DNA from: an uncultured Eubacteriales bacterium
Lineage (GTDB): Bacteria > Bacillota > Clostridia > Oscillospirales > Acutalibacteraceae
DNA length: 24,206 bases
NCBI GenBank assembly: GCA_900320235.1
Contig: ONRO01000246.1
Span: 1-24,206 of the forward strand
Direction of reading: 5' to 3'
Positions 16,195 through 24,206 of this stretch are shown here, in pieces; position 1 is the first letter of the stretch, and each line of letters opens with the position of its first letter. Below the pieces are notes generated by a model that saw only the letters and a list, made by a program, of their open reading frames with translations, was not told where the DNA came from and ran no database searches. The translations under genes were made by a program, and so were the position numbers.

Positions 16195-17346
16195 ATGAGA
16201 AAAGTAGTTGCAATGGTCATTCTTTTGATAGTTTTCATTTGTATCTTTTCTCCAACAATATATGCCGCAGAAGAAAAAAACAATCAGGATACCTCCACAC
16301 TGTATAACGATCAGTTAAACCTGAGCGGGGCCGATGAATTATATTCTTCTCTGCCGCAGCAAACAAAAGAATTATTAACTGAACTTAATATGAACAGTCT
16401 TAGTTATGAAAACATCGGTTCTGTAAACATATCGGATTTTTTCAAAGTAATTAATAACCTGGCTGCTGAGAAGAGCAAAACACCATTTAAAGCAATTTTT
16501 TCGGCCCTTGGAATAATGATTCTTTGTTCAATAGTCGAAGCGACAAATATTTTCACTAATGAAAGCCCACTGAAAAAAAGCATATCTTCTTTGGGAGCAA
16601 TATGTATTTGTGCATGCTGTATTATTCCACTAAGTCAATTAGTAGAACAATGCACTTTAGTTATCGAAGGTGCATCTGGATTTATGGCTTTGTATGTCCC
16701 TGTAATGGCAGGACTGATCGTTTCATCATCCCACAGTATTACAGGAGCATCATATTATTCAACACTTATGTGCGTGTCAGAAATCATATCACTAATTTCA
16801 TCAAAGCTGATAATACCATTCACTCATGTATTTCTTTCATTATCGTTAGTATCTTCTTTTGCCCCTGATCTTTGTATTTCTGGTTTAGGAAAAGCTCTTG
16901 AAAAGTGTATAAAATGGGTTTTAAATCTCTCTCTGGGGGTTTTTGTTACAATACTATCGACTCAGACTTTCATTAGTTCATCAATGGATGAAGTCGGCAA
17001 CAAGGTGGCTAAATATGCAGTAAGTACATTTGTCCCTCTTGTCGGAGGTGTATTAAGCGAAACCGTAAATACCTTCAACAGCAGTTTGTCATTATTGAAA
17101 AGTGGAACAGGAGTTTTTATTATTATTGCATCAGCAACTATTTTTCTACCTGCTGTTATTGAATGCATAATATGGAAATTAAGCTTTTATATACTTGGTG
17201 CTGCCGCAGAATTATTTGGTTTAAAAAACTGTAACGCGACTGTAAAAGCAATAGAAACCGTATGCTCTTTATTGACAGCAATACTACTTACGACTGTTAT
17301 GATTTTCATAATTTCAACTGTCATTATTCTGATCATAGGAAAATAA
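16195..17346 (+). CDS. spoIIIAE: Stage III sporulation protein AE (polytopic membrane protein)
   Basis: KVAKYAVSTFVPLVGGVLSETV, LLKSGTGVF, many TM segments, operon position. Confidence 0.93.
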   Translation: MRKVVAMVILLIVFICIFSPTIYAAEEKNNQDTSTLYNDQLNLSGADELYSSLPQQTKELLTELNMNSLSYENIGSVNISDFFKVINNLAAEKSKTPFKAIFSALGIMILCSIVEATNIFTNESPLKKSISSLGAICICACCIIPLSQLVEQCTLVIEGASGFMALYVPVMAGLIVSSSHSITGASYYSTLMCVSEIISLISSKLIIPFTHVFLSLSLVSSFAPDLCISGLGKALEKCIKWVLNLSLGVFVTILSTQTFISSSMDEVGNKVAKYAVSTFVPLVGGVLSETVNTFNSSLSLLKSGTGVFIIIASATIFLPAVIECIIWKLSFYILGAAAELFGLKNCNATVKAIETVCSLLTAILLTTVMIFIISTVIILIIGK

Positions 17347-17358
17347 AGAGGAAAGGCT

Positions 17359-17835
17359 ATGGAAGATATCTATAAATGGGCATTATCAGTAATAGCTTGT
17401 ACCGTAATTGCAAGTATTACAGAATTGCTGATCAATGATAAAAAATATGAAAAGACTATTAAAGCCGTTATCGGAGGGGTACTCTTGTGCACAATACTTT
17501 TTCCAGTGATTGATCTGATTAATAATATAAAAGAACCTGAATTTGATAATACATTCACTTACGAAAGCAAAAATAATGACATAGAAGATATGGAAAAAAG
17601 AATAATTGATGAGAAATTGAGTAAAACTGCAGAAAATGTGCTGATACAAAACAATATTGATTACCTGGAAACCAACGTGAAACTCAGTTATGATGAAAAT
17701 GGAAAAGCAGAAAACATTGTTTGTTACATCAGTATACCCGGAACTAAAAAAAACAATATCCTGGAGATAAAAAAACTGATCAATGAAAAACTCGGAACAG
17801 ACCCAAAAATTATTTGTATCAGCAGTAATGAATAA
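17359..17835 (+). CDS. spoIIIAF: Stage III sporulation protein AF
   Basis: WALSVIACTVIASITELLI...YEKTIKAVIGGVLLCTILFPV followed by a soluble C-terminal domain; operon position. Confidence 0.85.
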   Translation: MEDIYKWALSVIACTVIASITELLINDKKYEKTIKAVIGGVLLCTILFPVIDLINNIKEPEFDNTFTYESKNNDIEDMEKRIIDEKLSKTAENVLIQNNIDYLETNVKLSYDENGKAENIVCYISIPGTKKNNILEIKKLINEKLGTDPKIICISSNE

Positions 17836-17853
17836 CATATTATTCATTACCGG

Positions 17854-17883
17854 GCATATTATATAATAAATCCCGCATAAAAT
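17854..17883 (+). promoter_or_regulatory. Internal sigmaE-type promoter (P2) upstream of spoIIIAG
   Basis: GCATATT-N15-CATAAAAT, ~30 nt upstream of the spoIIIAG start. Confidence 0.7.
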
Positions 17884-17914
17884 ATTTTGAAAAGACATAT
17901 ATGAGGTTTATCAG

Positions 17915-18511
17915 ATGAAAAAAAACAATACAGAAAAAACAAAGAATCATTCATTATTTACAGATTTATTAAAAAATGAAAAAGTATTATCCCTTATTGT
18001 AATCTGTGGAATGATAGGAATCGGTCTGATATTTGCATCATCATATTTTGATAAAAACAAAACAGAAAACCTGAATGAAACATCACAGGCAGAAGACAAT
18101 GGTTTTTCTGCAGATAATTATAAACAGAATATTTCACAGGAACTCGGTAATATGATTTCAAGCATTGAAGGTGCCGGAAAAACAAAAATAATGGTCACTC
18201 TGAACGGTTCAGTAAGAGAGCTGTATGCAGCTGATACAGATATTGCAGATAAAGATTCGGCAAAGAAAACAAATGATAACGAAAATACTGACAAACAAAA
18301 TACTGAAAAGAAAAAATATATTTTAATTCGAGGAAAAGACGGTTCTGAAAAAGCATTATCATTAGGACAACTCGTTCCTGAGATAAAAGGTGTTTTGATA
18401 ATCTGTGAAGGAGGAGACAATGATGTAATAAAAGAAGAGATCACGGATGCGGTATCAGCTGCATTGAATATTTCAAAAACTCACATTTGCGTATCAAAAC
18501 TGGGAACGTAA
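17915..18511 (+). CDS. spoIIIAG: Stage III sporulation protein AG
   Basis: N-terminal TM, ISSIEGAGKTKIMVTL, PEIKGVLIICEGG...AVSAALNISKTHICV. Confidence 0.93.
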   Translation: MKKNNTEKTKNHSLFTDLLKNEKVLSLIVICGMIGIGLIFASSYFDKNKTENLNETSQAEDNGFSADNYKQNISQELGNMISSIEGAGKTKIMVTLNGSVRELYAADTDIADKDSAKKTNDNENTDKQNTEKKKYILIRGKDGSEKALSLGQLVPEIKGVLIICEGGDNDVIKEEITDAVSAALNISKTHICVSKLGT

Positions 18512-18546
18512 TTATGAATCTATTGGTCATGGAGGAGGTTTTCAAT

Positions 18547-19179
18547 ATGACATTCGGAAAAAGACAGCTTGTCATAGCTTCATTAGTTGTTGCACTCGGT
18601 GCTGCGGTATATCTTAACTGGCAGTTTTCAGATACGTCAGGCATAGAAGTATCTGAAAGTGAGGCATCATCGGTAAAACAGTTAGGTCAGACAACCTATG
18701 TAAACACAGAGATCAGTACATCAGAAATAAGTAATAACTCAGCATCAGATAGTAAGAAGGAAAAAGCAGAAAAACAAAAAAATAAAACAAATCAGACAAA
18801 AACAAAGGCTGTGAATGCTGAAGCTAAAAAAGAACATTTTTCAGCTGAGAAGGAGAAAAGAAACCAAAGCAATGAAAAAGCAATAGAATCACTGACAGAT
18901 ATTATTGAATCAGCTTCATCAGATGAATCAGCAAAGAAATCCGCTGTTGAATCCGCAAAGGAATTAGCAGAAAACATTAAATTACAGACAGATATTGAAA
19001 ATGAAATCATTACACGTGGTTTTGATGATGCATATGTAATAATAAATAACAATAGCTGCTGTGTTTCGGTATTTGGCGGCAAACTTGATGATTCTTCAGC
19101 ACTTGCAATAAAAGATATAGTTAACAGACAATCGGATATTGAATTTACAAAAATTACGGTTTCGTCTTCAGGAAAATGA
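18547..19179 (+). CDS. spoIIIAH: Stage III sporulation protein AH (start ATG 18547)
   Basis: KRQLVIASLVVALGAAVYLN, coiled region, IENEIITRGFDDAYV; GGAGGAGG SD upstream of 18547. Confidence 0.92.
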   Translation: MTFGKRQLVIASLVVALGAAVYLNWQFSDTSGIEVSESEASSVKQLGQTTYVNTEISTSEISNNSASDSKKEKAEKQKNKTNQTKTKAVNAEAKKEHFSAEKEKRNQSNEKAIESLTDIIESASSDESAKKSAVESAKELAENIKLQTDIENEIITRGFDDAYVIINNNSCCVSVFGGKLDDSSALAIKDIVNRQSDIEFTKITVSSSGK

Positions 19180-19351
19180 TATCAATATTGTTACCATGTA
19201 AAATGAAAAAATTACCAAATACACGGATAAGTATTAATATAAAATACACTAAAATCAGTATAAAATATAAAAAAATCAGATATTAAAATTGTATCAATTG
19301 CTAAAAATCTTTAAAAACATATCTTTAACAAAAGAAAAACTGAATATTTAC

Positions 19352-19380
19352 TTGCAATAATTGTAAAAAAAATGTAATAT
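19352..19380 (+). promoter_or_regulatory. Candidate sigmaA promoter of the secreted peptidase gene
   Basis: TTGCAA-N17-TAATAT, 34 nt upstream of ATG 19415. Confidence 0.5.
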
Positions 19381-19414
19381 ATACAAGACGAAAAAATAAC
19401 TTATGGAGGCTATT

Positions 19415-20815
19415 ATGATAAAACTCAGGAAATATTTCATCTTTCTGCTTAGTATATTAGCATTGGCTCCCGTATGTGCTATAAGTACCGTTAGTAATGC
19501 CAGTGCAGTTGATATTAATACTCTTAATTCACCTTCTGTATTTGTCAAGCAGCAAGAAAGTTATACTTGTACACTCGCTTCAAACGTAATGATGCTCAGA
19601 AGAGCTGCTTTACTCAGAGGCGATAGTGATTGGAAAAGCATTACTGAAGATTCCTGCAGTTCAGTACTCTGGACAGGTTGGGGAATGAGGTTCGATTATA
19701 CTTATAAAAATATCAGTGTTGACTGTGAGAGAATATATGGCAATTCCACAGAGGCACTTAAAAAGCTATTAAATGAACATCCTGAAGGAATTGTAGCATA
19801 CGATTATGATTATCCGCATGCTATTCTTCTTACAGATTACACAAACGGAAAATTTTATTGCTCAGATCCTGCAAGATGCTGCGGCACAGGCAGGATCGAA
19901 GCAACTCAGTCACTTGTAGATACATCAGGTATAGAAGCTTACTGGTATGTAACTTCTAATCTTCCGAAACCCGTTCTTAAACCTATCACAAATACAAGTA
20001 CCATTGATAAAACAAATATCATGTTTGGCAACGATATCAAGATGAATTTATCAGCTTCTTACGGCTCAGGATCATATCAGTATGAGATATATGCAAATAA
20101 GCCGAGCAGTAAAGAATGGATCAATCTCAGAAAATATAATTCATCTTCGACTTATATTTACCATCCCTGGGAATCAGGAAAATACTCAATCAAAATCAAT
20201 GCAAAAGATTCTTCAGGTACAGTTGATTCAAAAACCTATTCTTTCAACGTCACTGCAACAAAGCTGAATAACAGCTCTACTATAAATACAGATTCAGTTA
20301 CAATTGGCAACAACATTGTTTTCAAACTCAATGCTTCCGGAGGAACTGGCGGATATCAATATGATGTATTTGCAAAAAAGCCAAGCGGAAATGAATGGGT
20401 TAACCTCAGAAAGAATTACACATCATCCTCCTATACATATCATCCATGGGAGGTAGGTACATATGAACTCAAGGTTATCTGCAAGGATAATAGCGGCTCA
20501 TCTTCTGAAGTGAATTTTTACGCAAACATTAAGGCAAAGAATCTTGTAAATAAATCATCAGTCAGCAATAAAACAATTAATTACGGAAGCACAGTCAATA
20601 TCAATTTAGATGCACAGGGTGGAAACGGATCATATAAGTACGAGATCAACGCTATAAAGCCCAGCATATCTAACTATATCAATCTCAGAAAGTATAATCC
20701 CGGAACCAGCTATACATATCGTCCATGGGAAAAAGGACAATACACTATATCAGTAAAAGTAAAGGATCTTTCCGGTAATGTAAAAACAAATTCATTTGTA
20801 TTTACTGTAAAATAA
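19415..20815 (+). CDS. Secreted protein: C39-like (papain-fold) peptidase domain + three Y_Y_Y (triple-tyrosine)-like beta repeats
   Basis: GGAGG SD 5 nt before ATG 19415; signal peptide ending ASA|V. Q50-x5-C56 (KQQESYTC), H139 (PHAILL) and D155-P (SDPA), numbered on the 470-aa ORF, give H-x15-D spacing. Three repeats follow. Confidence 0.75.
   Translation: MIKLRKYFIFLLSILALAPVCAISTVSNASAVDINTLNSPSVFVKQQESYTCTLASNVMMLRRAALLRGDSDWKSITEDSCSSVLWTGWGMRFDYTYKNISVDCERIYGNSTEALKKLLNEHPEGIVAYDYDYPHAILLTDYTNGKFYCSDPARCCGTGRIEATQSLVDTSGIEAYWYVTSNLPKPVLKPITNTSTIDKTNIMFGNDIKMNLSASYGSGSYQYEIYANKPSSKEWINLRKYNSSSTYIYHPWESGKYSIKINAKDSSGTVDSKTYSFNVTATKLNNSSTINTDSVTIGNNIVFKLNASGGTGGYQYDVFAKKPSGNEWVNLRKNYTSSSYTYHPWEVGTYELKVICKDNSGSSSEVNFYANIKAKNLVNKSSVSNKTINYGSTVNINLDAQGGNGSYKYEINAIKPSISNYINLRKYNPGTSYTYRPWEKGQYTISVKVKDLSGNVKTNSFVFTVK
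19985..20812 (+). repeat. Three tandem ~93-aa protein repeats (start at 19985, 20264, 20543)
   Basis: Shared pattern N.S.(I/V)...(I/V)..G.....L.A..G.G.Y.Y...A.KPS.....NLRK.....Y.Y.PWE.G.Y...V..KD.SG; 279-nt period; diverged at DNA level. Confidence 0.92.
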
Positions 20816-20822
20816 AAAATTA

Positions 20823-20864
20823 TTACGGGTACTCTGTACGATCATATCGACAGGGTACCCGTAA
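20823..20864. terminator. Probable bidirectional terminator between convergent peptidase gene and dapF
   Basis: TTACGGGTACTCTGT / ACAGGGTACCCGTAA 15-bp stem (one G-U on + strand) with inner CGAT/ATCG. Confidence 0.8.
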
Positions 20865-20881
20865 ATTATTATAATATTATT

Positions 20882-21736
20882 TCATACCAGATCATCCGTA
20901 TCAACTATTCCTTCAAAAACTTTAACCGCAGGTCCTTCCATTATTACTGAACCGTCCGACCTGTAAGTATCAGTAAGCATGCCGCCCCTGAGATGAACAT
21001 TAACAGGAGTATCAATTTCTGAATAGCCGTTCAGAACACATGCAACAACAGCAGCACAGGAACCTGTACCACATGCCATTGTTTCTCCTGAACCACGTTC
21101 CCAGACTCTCATCTTGATATTATTTTTATCAATTATACTAATAAACTCAGTATTTACTCTGTCAGGGAAAAGTGGATGATTTTCAAACACAGGACCTATT
21201 TTTTCAAGTTCAATATTATCCGGATCGTCTACAAATGTTATACAATGAGGGTTTCCCATAGAAACAGCTGTACATAAGTAAGTTTTGCCGTCTGCTTCAA
21301 CAGGCTGAGAAATAAATACATCACCATCCGACTTCATAGGAATATCAGCTGGTTTAAGTATTGCTTTTCCCATATCTACACTTGCACTGATAAATGAAGA
21401 ATCTTTTGTTTTTATAGTAATTGTTTTTATCCCACTCTTTGTTTCAATCGTAACAATATCTTTTCGAGCAATATTATTATCATAAATATATCTTGCTACA
21501 CATCTGATTGCATTGCCACACATCATTCCTTCTGAACCATCCAGATTAAACATTCTCATTTTTGCATCAGCAACCTCAGACGGACAAATAAGAACCAGAC
21601 CATCTCCGCCTACACCTTTATGTCTGTCTGCAAGAATACGGCTTAAATGTTCAGGACCATTCACAGTATTTTCAAAACAATCGATATATACATAATCATT
21701 TCCAGCGCCATGCATTTTTGTAAAACGATATTTCAT
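20882..21736 (-). CDS. dapF: Diaminopimelate epimerase (start ATG 21736)
   Basis: FTKMHGAGNDY, NLDGSEGMMCGNAIRC, VSMGNPH, RVWERGSGETMACGTGSCA; GGAGG SD upstream of 21736. Confidence 0.97.
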   Translation of the reverse strand: MKYRFTKMHGAGNDYVYIDCFENTVNGPEHLSRILADRHKGVGGDGLVLICPSEVADAKMRMFNLDGSEGMMCGNAIRCVARYIYDNNIARKDIVTIETKSGIKTITIKTKDSSFISASVDMGKAILKPADIPMKSDGDVFISQPVEADGKTYLCTAVSMGNPHCITFVDDPDNIELEKIGPVFENHPLFPDRVNTEFISIIDKNNIKMRVWERGSGETMACGTGSCAAVVACVLNGYSEIDTPVNVHLRGGMLTDTYRSDGSVIMEGPAVKVFEGIVDTDDLV

Positions 21737-21751
21737 TTCAAAAACCTCCAA

Positions 21752-22351
21752 TTATTGAATTTCTATTTTCTGTAATAGCTTTTCATATTTATCTTTATCA
21801 CTTTCGTGATAACAAAGAATTGCCTCTGAATAGCCATCTTTTTTCAATAACGCTTTCATATATAGAATCACGTTATTGTTCTTTTTATCTTTTATTTTTG
21901 ACTTGAATAGAACATATTTAGAGTCTGTAGTATCTGCCTTGGATGATTTGTATTTTTTTTCAAGATACTCGACAAAAGATTCTTTTGTGATCCCCTGGCT
22001 ATAAATATAATCTATCTGAAGTGTAGCATTTCCATCAGTAGTACTAAGATATATACCACTTTCAGATTTAAAATCATCTGATTTTTTCCAGAACATTTTG
22101 GGAAATACAGCAGTAATTTTTCCATCCTTACTTTTATATCTCAAACTATCAGAATCAATTTCATCAGTATCTGAAGGATAGCTTATTTCTTCCGCAATAC
22201 TACTTTCCATACTCTCTGGTTTCTCCGATGACAGATTTGTTGTAGTACTTACCGTATCAGCAGGCAATACATCCTCATTTTCATTCTTCAAACAACCTGA
22301 TAAAGGAATTGCTGCAATAAAACATAAAAATATACACAGTATTTTTTTCAT
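21752..22351 (-). CDS. Hypothetical lipoprotein (start ATG 22351)
   Basis: MKKILCIFLCFIAAIPLSG|C lipobox, Ser/Thr/Glu-rich linker, Lys-rich domain; SD GGAGGTG. Confidence 0.8.
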   Translation of the reverse strand: MKKILCIFLCFIAAIPLSGCLKNENEDVLPADTVSTTTNLSSEKPESMESSIAEEISYPSDTDEIDSDSLRYKSKDGKITAVFPKMFWKKSDDFKSESGIYLSTTDGNATLQIDYIYSQGITKESFVEYLEKKYKSSKADTTDSKYVLFKSKIKDKKNNNVILYMKALLKKDGYSEAILCYHESDKDKYEKLLQKIEIQ

Positions 22352-22366
22352 CAAAACACCTCCGTA

Positions 22367-24130
22367 TCAATCGTGACGCTTTGTGGCCTTTCTGAATGCT
22401 TTTTTTACGTCGGTTTTCTTAACATTGTTTTTTCTTCTGATATATTCTTTCTTTTTTCCGTTATCCTTCTTTTTCACATGACTATATCCGGAAGTTGTAT
22501 TTCTTTTTCTTTGACTTTTCTCCTCATAAAGAGAAACTTTCACAGGCTTACCACAGACTTTTGCACCATACATACTATCAAGAACATTCTCAGCAGATAT
22601 ACTTGGAATAGAAACAACTGAACAATCATCAAATATTTCTATTTTACCGATATCACTTCCATGAAGAAGACTTTTTTCAGTTATTGATGCAACTATATGA
22701 TTCGGAGCAACTCTGTTAGATCTGCCAATATTCAATATGATCTTAGAAAAATCCGTATTACCATTTTTACTGTACTGCTTTCTTTCAGCACTAATATCAT
22801 TTACCTTTATTTCTTTCTCAGAGAAGTTCATCTGAAGAGCGGCTGCTGCAATATCATAAAGAGAATAACCTTCTTCTAAAAGCATATTAACCATATTTTT
22901 ATATCTGTCATTAATAACATCAGATAAAACATCTTCTACAAGTATAATATTCTTTTCAGCTATATGATAATTTATATCATCACCAGTAGGAACATCAATC
23001 TGATTAATTTGACATTTTAATTCTTTTGCAATTCCTGTTAACTGAAAAACCTGTCTTCTGCCGCTGCATATAGTAATAGAATTACCTTCTTTGCCAACTC
23101 TGCCTGTACGTCCGATCCTATGAACATAATACTCATTATTCTGGGGTAAATCATAGTTAAATACAAATTCAACGTCATTTACATCAATTCCTCTTGCAGC
23201 AACATCAGTAGCCACAAGAATAGAAGTAGAACCATATCTGAATTTCTCCATAACGCTGTTTCTTTGAGATTGTTTCAGATCTCCATGTAATGCCTCAGCA
23301 TTAATACCGCTTTTACAAAGAGAGATAGAAACTTCTTCTGCCATTTTCTTTGTATTACAGAATACAATAGCCAACGATGGATCAAAATAATAAATCAGGA
23401 GCTTCAAAGCATCAAGCTTTCTTCCCATAGGAACATCAACATAAGTTTGCCTGATATTATCAAGTGTCAGTTTTTTATTATTCGTCTGAATTACAATCGG
23501 ATCATTTTGAAACTCTTCAGTAATTGACATTATTTCATCCGGCATGGTTGCAGAAAAAAGAACAGTTTGTCTTGTTTGAGGAGTTTCTCGGAGAATTGTT
23601 TCCATATCCTCTTTAAAACCCATACTAAGCATTTCATCAGCTTCATCCAGGACAGCAAGCTTAACATTATCAAGCTTAAGAGTACGACGGCGCATATGAT
23701 CCATAATTCTGCCTGGAGTTCCGATAACAATATTAGCTCTTTTCAAACGCATGATCTGCTTATCCATAGGAACCCCGCCATATATCTCAACAGGACGAAT
23801 TTCCTCACAGTATTTTGTAAGCTTTCTTATTTCCCCACAGCATTGAATTGCAAGCTCTCTTGTTGGAAGCATGATAATAACAGATACTTTTGATTTATCC
23901 TCAGCAGATTTTATCATTTCTATTGCAGGAATGGCAAATGCCATTGTTTTTCCTGTACCAGTCTGAGATCTTCCAATAATATCATTTCCTGATCTGATTG
24001 CAGGAATCGCCTTATACTGTATAGGAGTAGGGGAGACAAATCCAAGTTCATTAATTGCCCTGTTCAACTCAGAAGAAAGCTCCAACTGTTCAAAGCTGTA
24101 ATTTTCTTCAAAAATATTATTTTGATCCAT
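22367..24130 (-). CDS. DEAD-box RNA helicase with C-terminal DbpA-type RNA-binding domain (DeaD/CshA-like)
   Basis: Q motif GFVSPTPIQ, SQTGTGKT, PTRELA, TPGR, DEAD, SAT, HGDLKQSQR, HRIGRTGR; RRM-like NIGRSNRVAPNHIV...IGKIEIFD; basic tail. Confidence 0.95.
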   Translation of the reverse strand: MDQNNIFEENYSFEQLELSSELNRAINELGFVSPTPIQYKAIPAIRSGNDIIGRSQTGTGKTMAFAIPAIEMIKSAEDKSKVSVIIMLPTRELAIQCCGEIRKLTKYCEEIRPVEIYGGVPMDKQIMRLKRANIVIGTPGRIMDHMRRRTLKLDNVKLAVLDEADEMLSMGFKEDMETILRETPQTRQTVLFSATMPDEIMSITEEFQNDPIVIQTNNKKLTLDNIRQTYVDVPMGRKLDALKLLIYYFDPSLAIVFCNTKKMAEEVSISLCKSGINAEALHGDLKQSQRNSVMEKFRYGSTSILVATDVAARGIDVNDVEFVFNYDLPQNNEYYVHRIGRTGRVGKEGNSITICSGRRQVFQLTGIAKELKCQINQIDVPTGDDINYHIAEKNIILVEDVLSDVINDRYKNMVNMLLEEGYSLYDIAAAALQMNFSEKEIKVNDISAERKQYSKNGNTDFSKIILNIGRSNRVAPNHIVASITEKSLLHGSDIGKIEIFDDCSVVSIPSISAENVLDSMYGAKVCGKPVKVSLYEEKSQRKRNTTSGYSHVKKKDNGKKKEYIRRKNNVKKTDVKKAFRKATKRHD

Positions 24131-24164
24131 TTTACACTTTCCTTTATCTTTTATTAACCTTTTT

Positions 24165-24193
24165 ATTTTATCAAATACTTATGCCTTTGTCAA
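24165..24193 (-). promoter_or_regulatory. SigmaA promoter for helicase-lipoprotein-dapF operon
   Basis: Minus strand TTGACA-N17-TAAAAT with extended -10 (TGaTAAAAT). Confidence 0.8.
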
Positions 24194-24206
24194 ATGTAAA
24201 CACGGC

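Noticed and set aside
19200-19345. Short AT-rich repeats (TAAAATCAG / AAAAATCAG, ATAAAATA) between spoIIIAH and the peptidase gene
   Set aside because: Low-complexity sequence without regular period; not a CRISPR array or iteron set
1-24206. Mobile elements, CRISPR arrays, tRNA/rRNA, defence systems
   Set aside because: No integrase/transposase motifs, regularly spaced DNA repeats, cloverleaf or rRNA signatures seen

Overview
AT-rich chromosomal window from a spore-forming Clostridia-class bacterium (Oscillospiraceae/Ruminococcus-like; inferred from gene content). It is mostly core genome. Minus strand: tepA-uppP-ftsK(spoIIIE), then htpG, which runs off the window start; acn-icd; and a DEAD-box helicase-lipoprotein-dapF operon. 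Plus strand: an RpiR regulator plus an HI0933/BaiN-type flavoprotein, a DUF6483-like gene, a complete spoIIIAA-AH operon, and a secreted C39-like (Cys-His-Asp) peptidase with three ~93-aa Tyr/Trp-rich repeats. I found no mobile element, CRISPR array, rRNA or tRNA, and no clearly new multi-gene system. The best leads are two small membrane ORFs missing from the ORF track (10687-10791 and 13681-13818, the latter behind a sigmaE-like promoter next to spoIIIA), a probable ACG start codon for spoIIIAA, an internal sigmaE-type promoter before spoIIIAG, a palindrome between spoIIIAD and spoIIIAE, the peptidase directly after spoIIIAH, and tepA without its usual ylzJ partner. All family assignments are motif recognition by eye; no database was searched.
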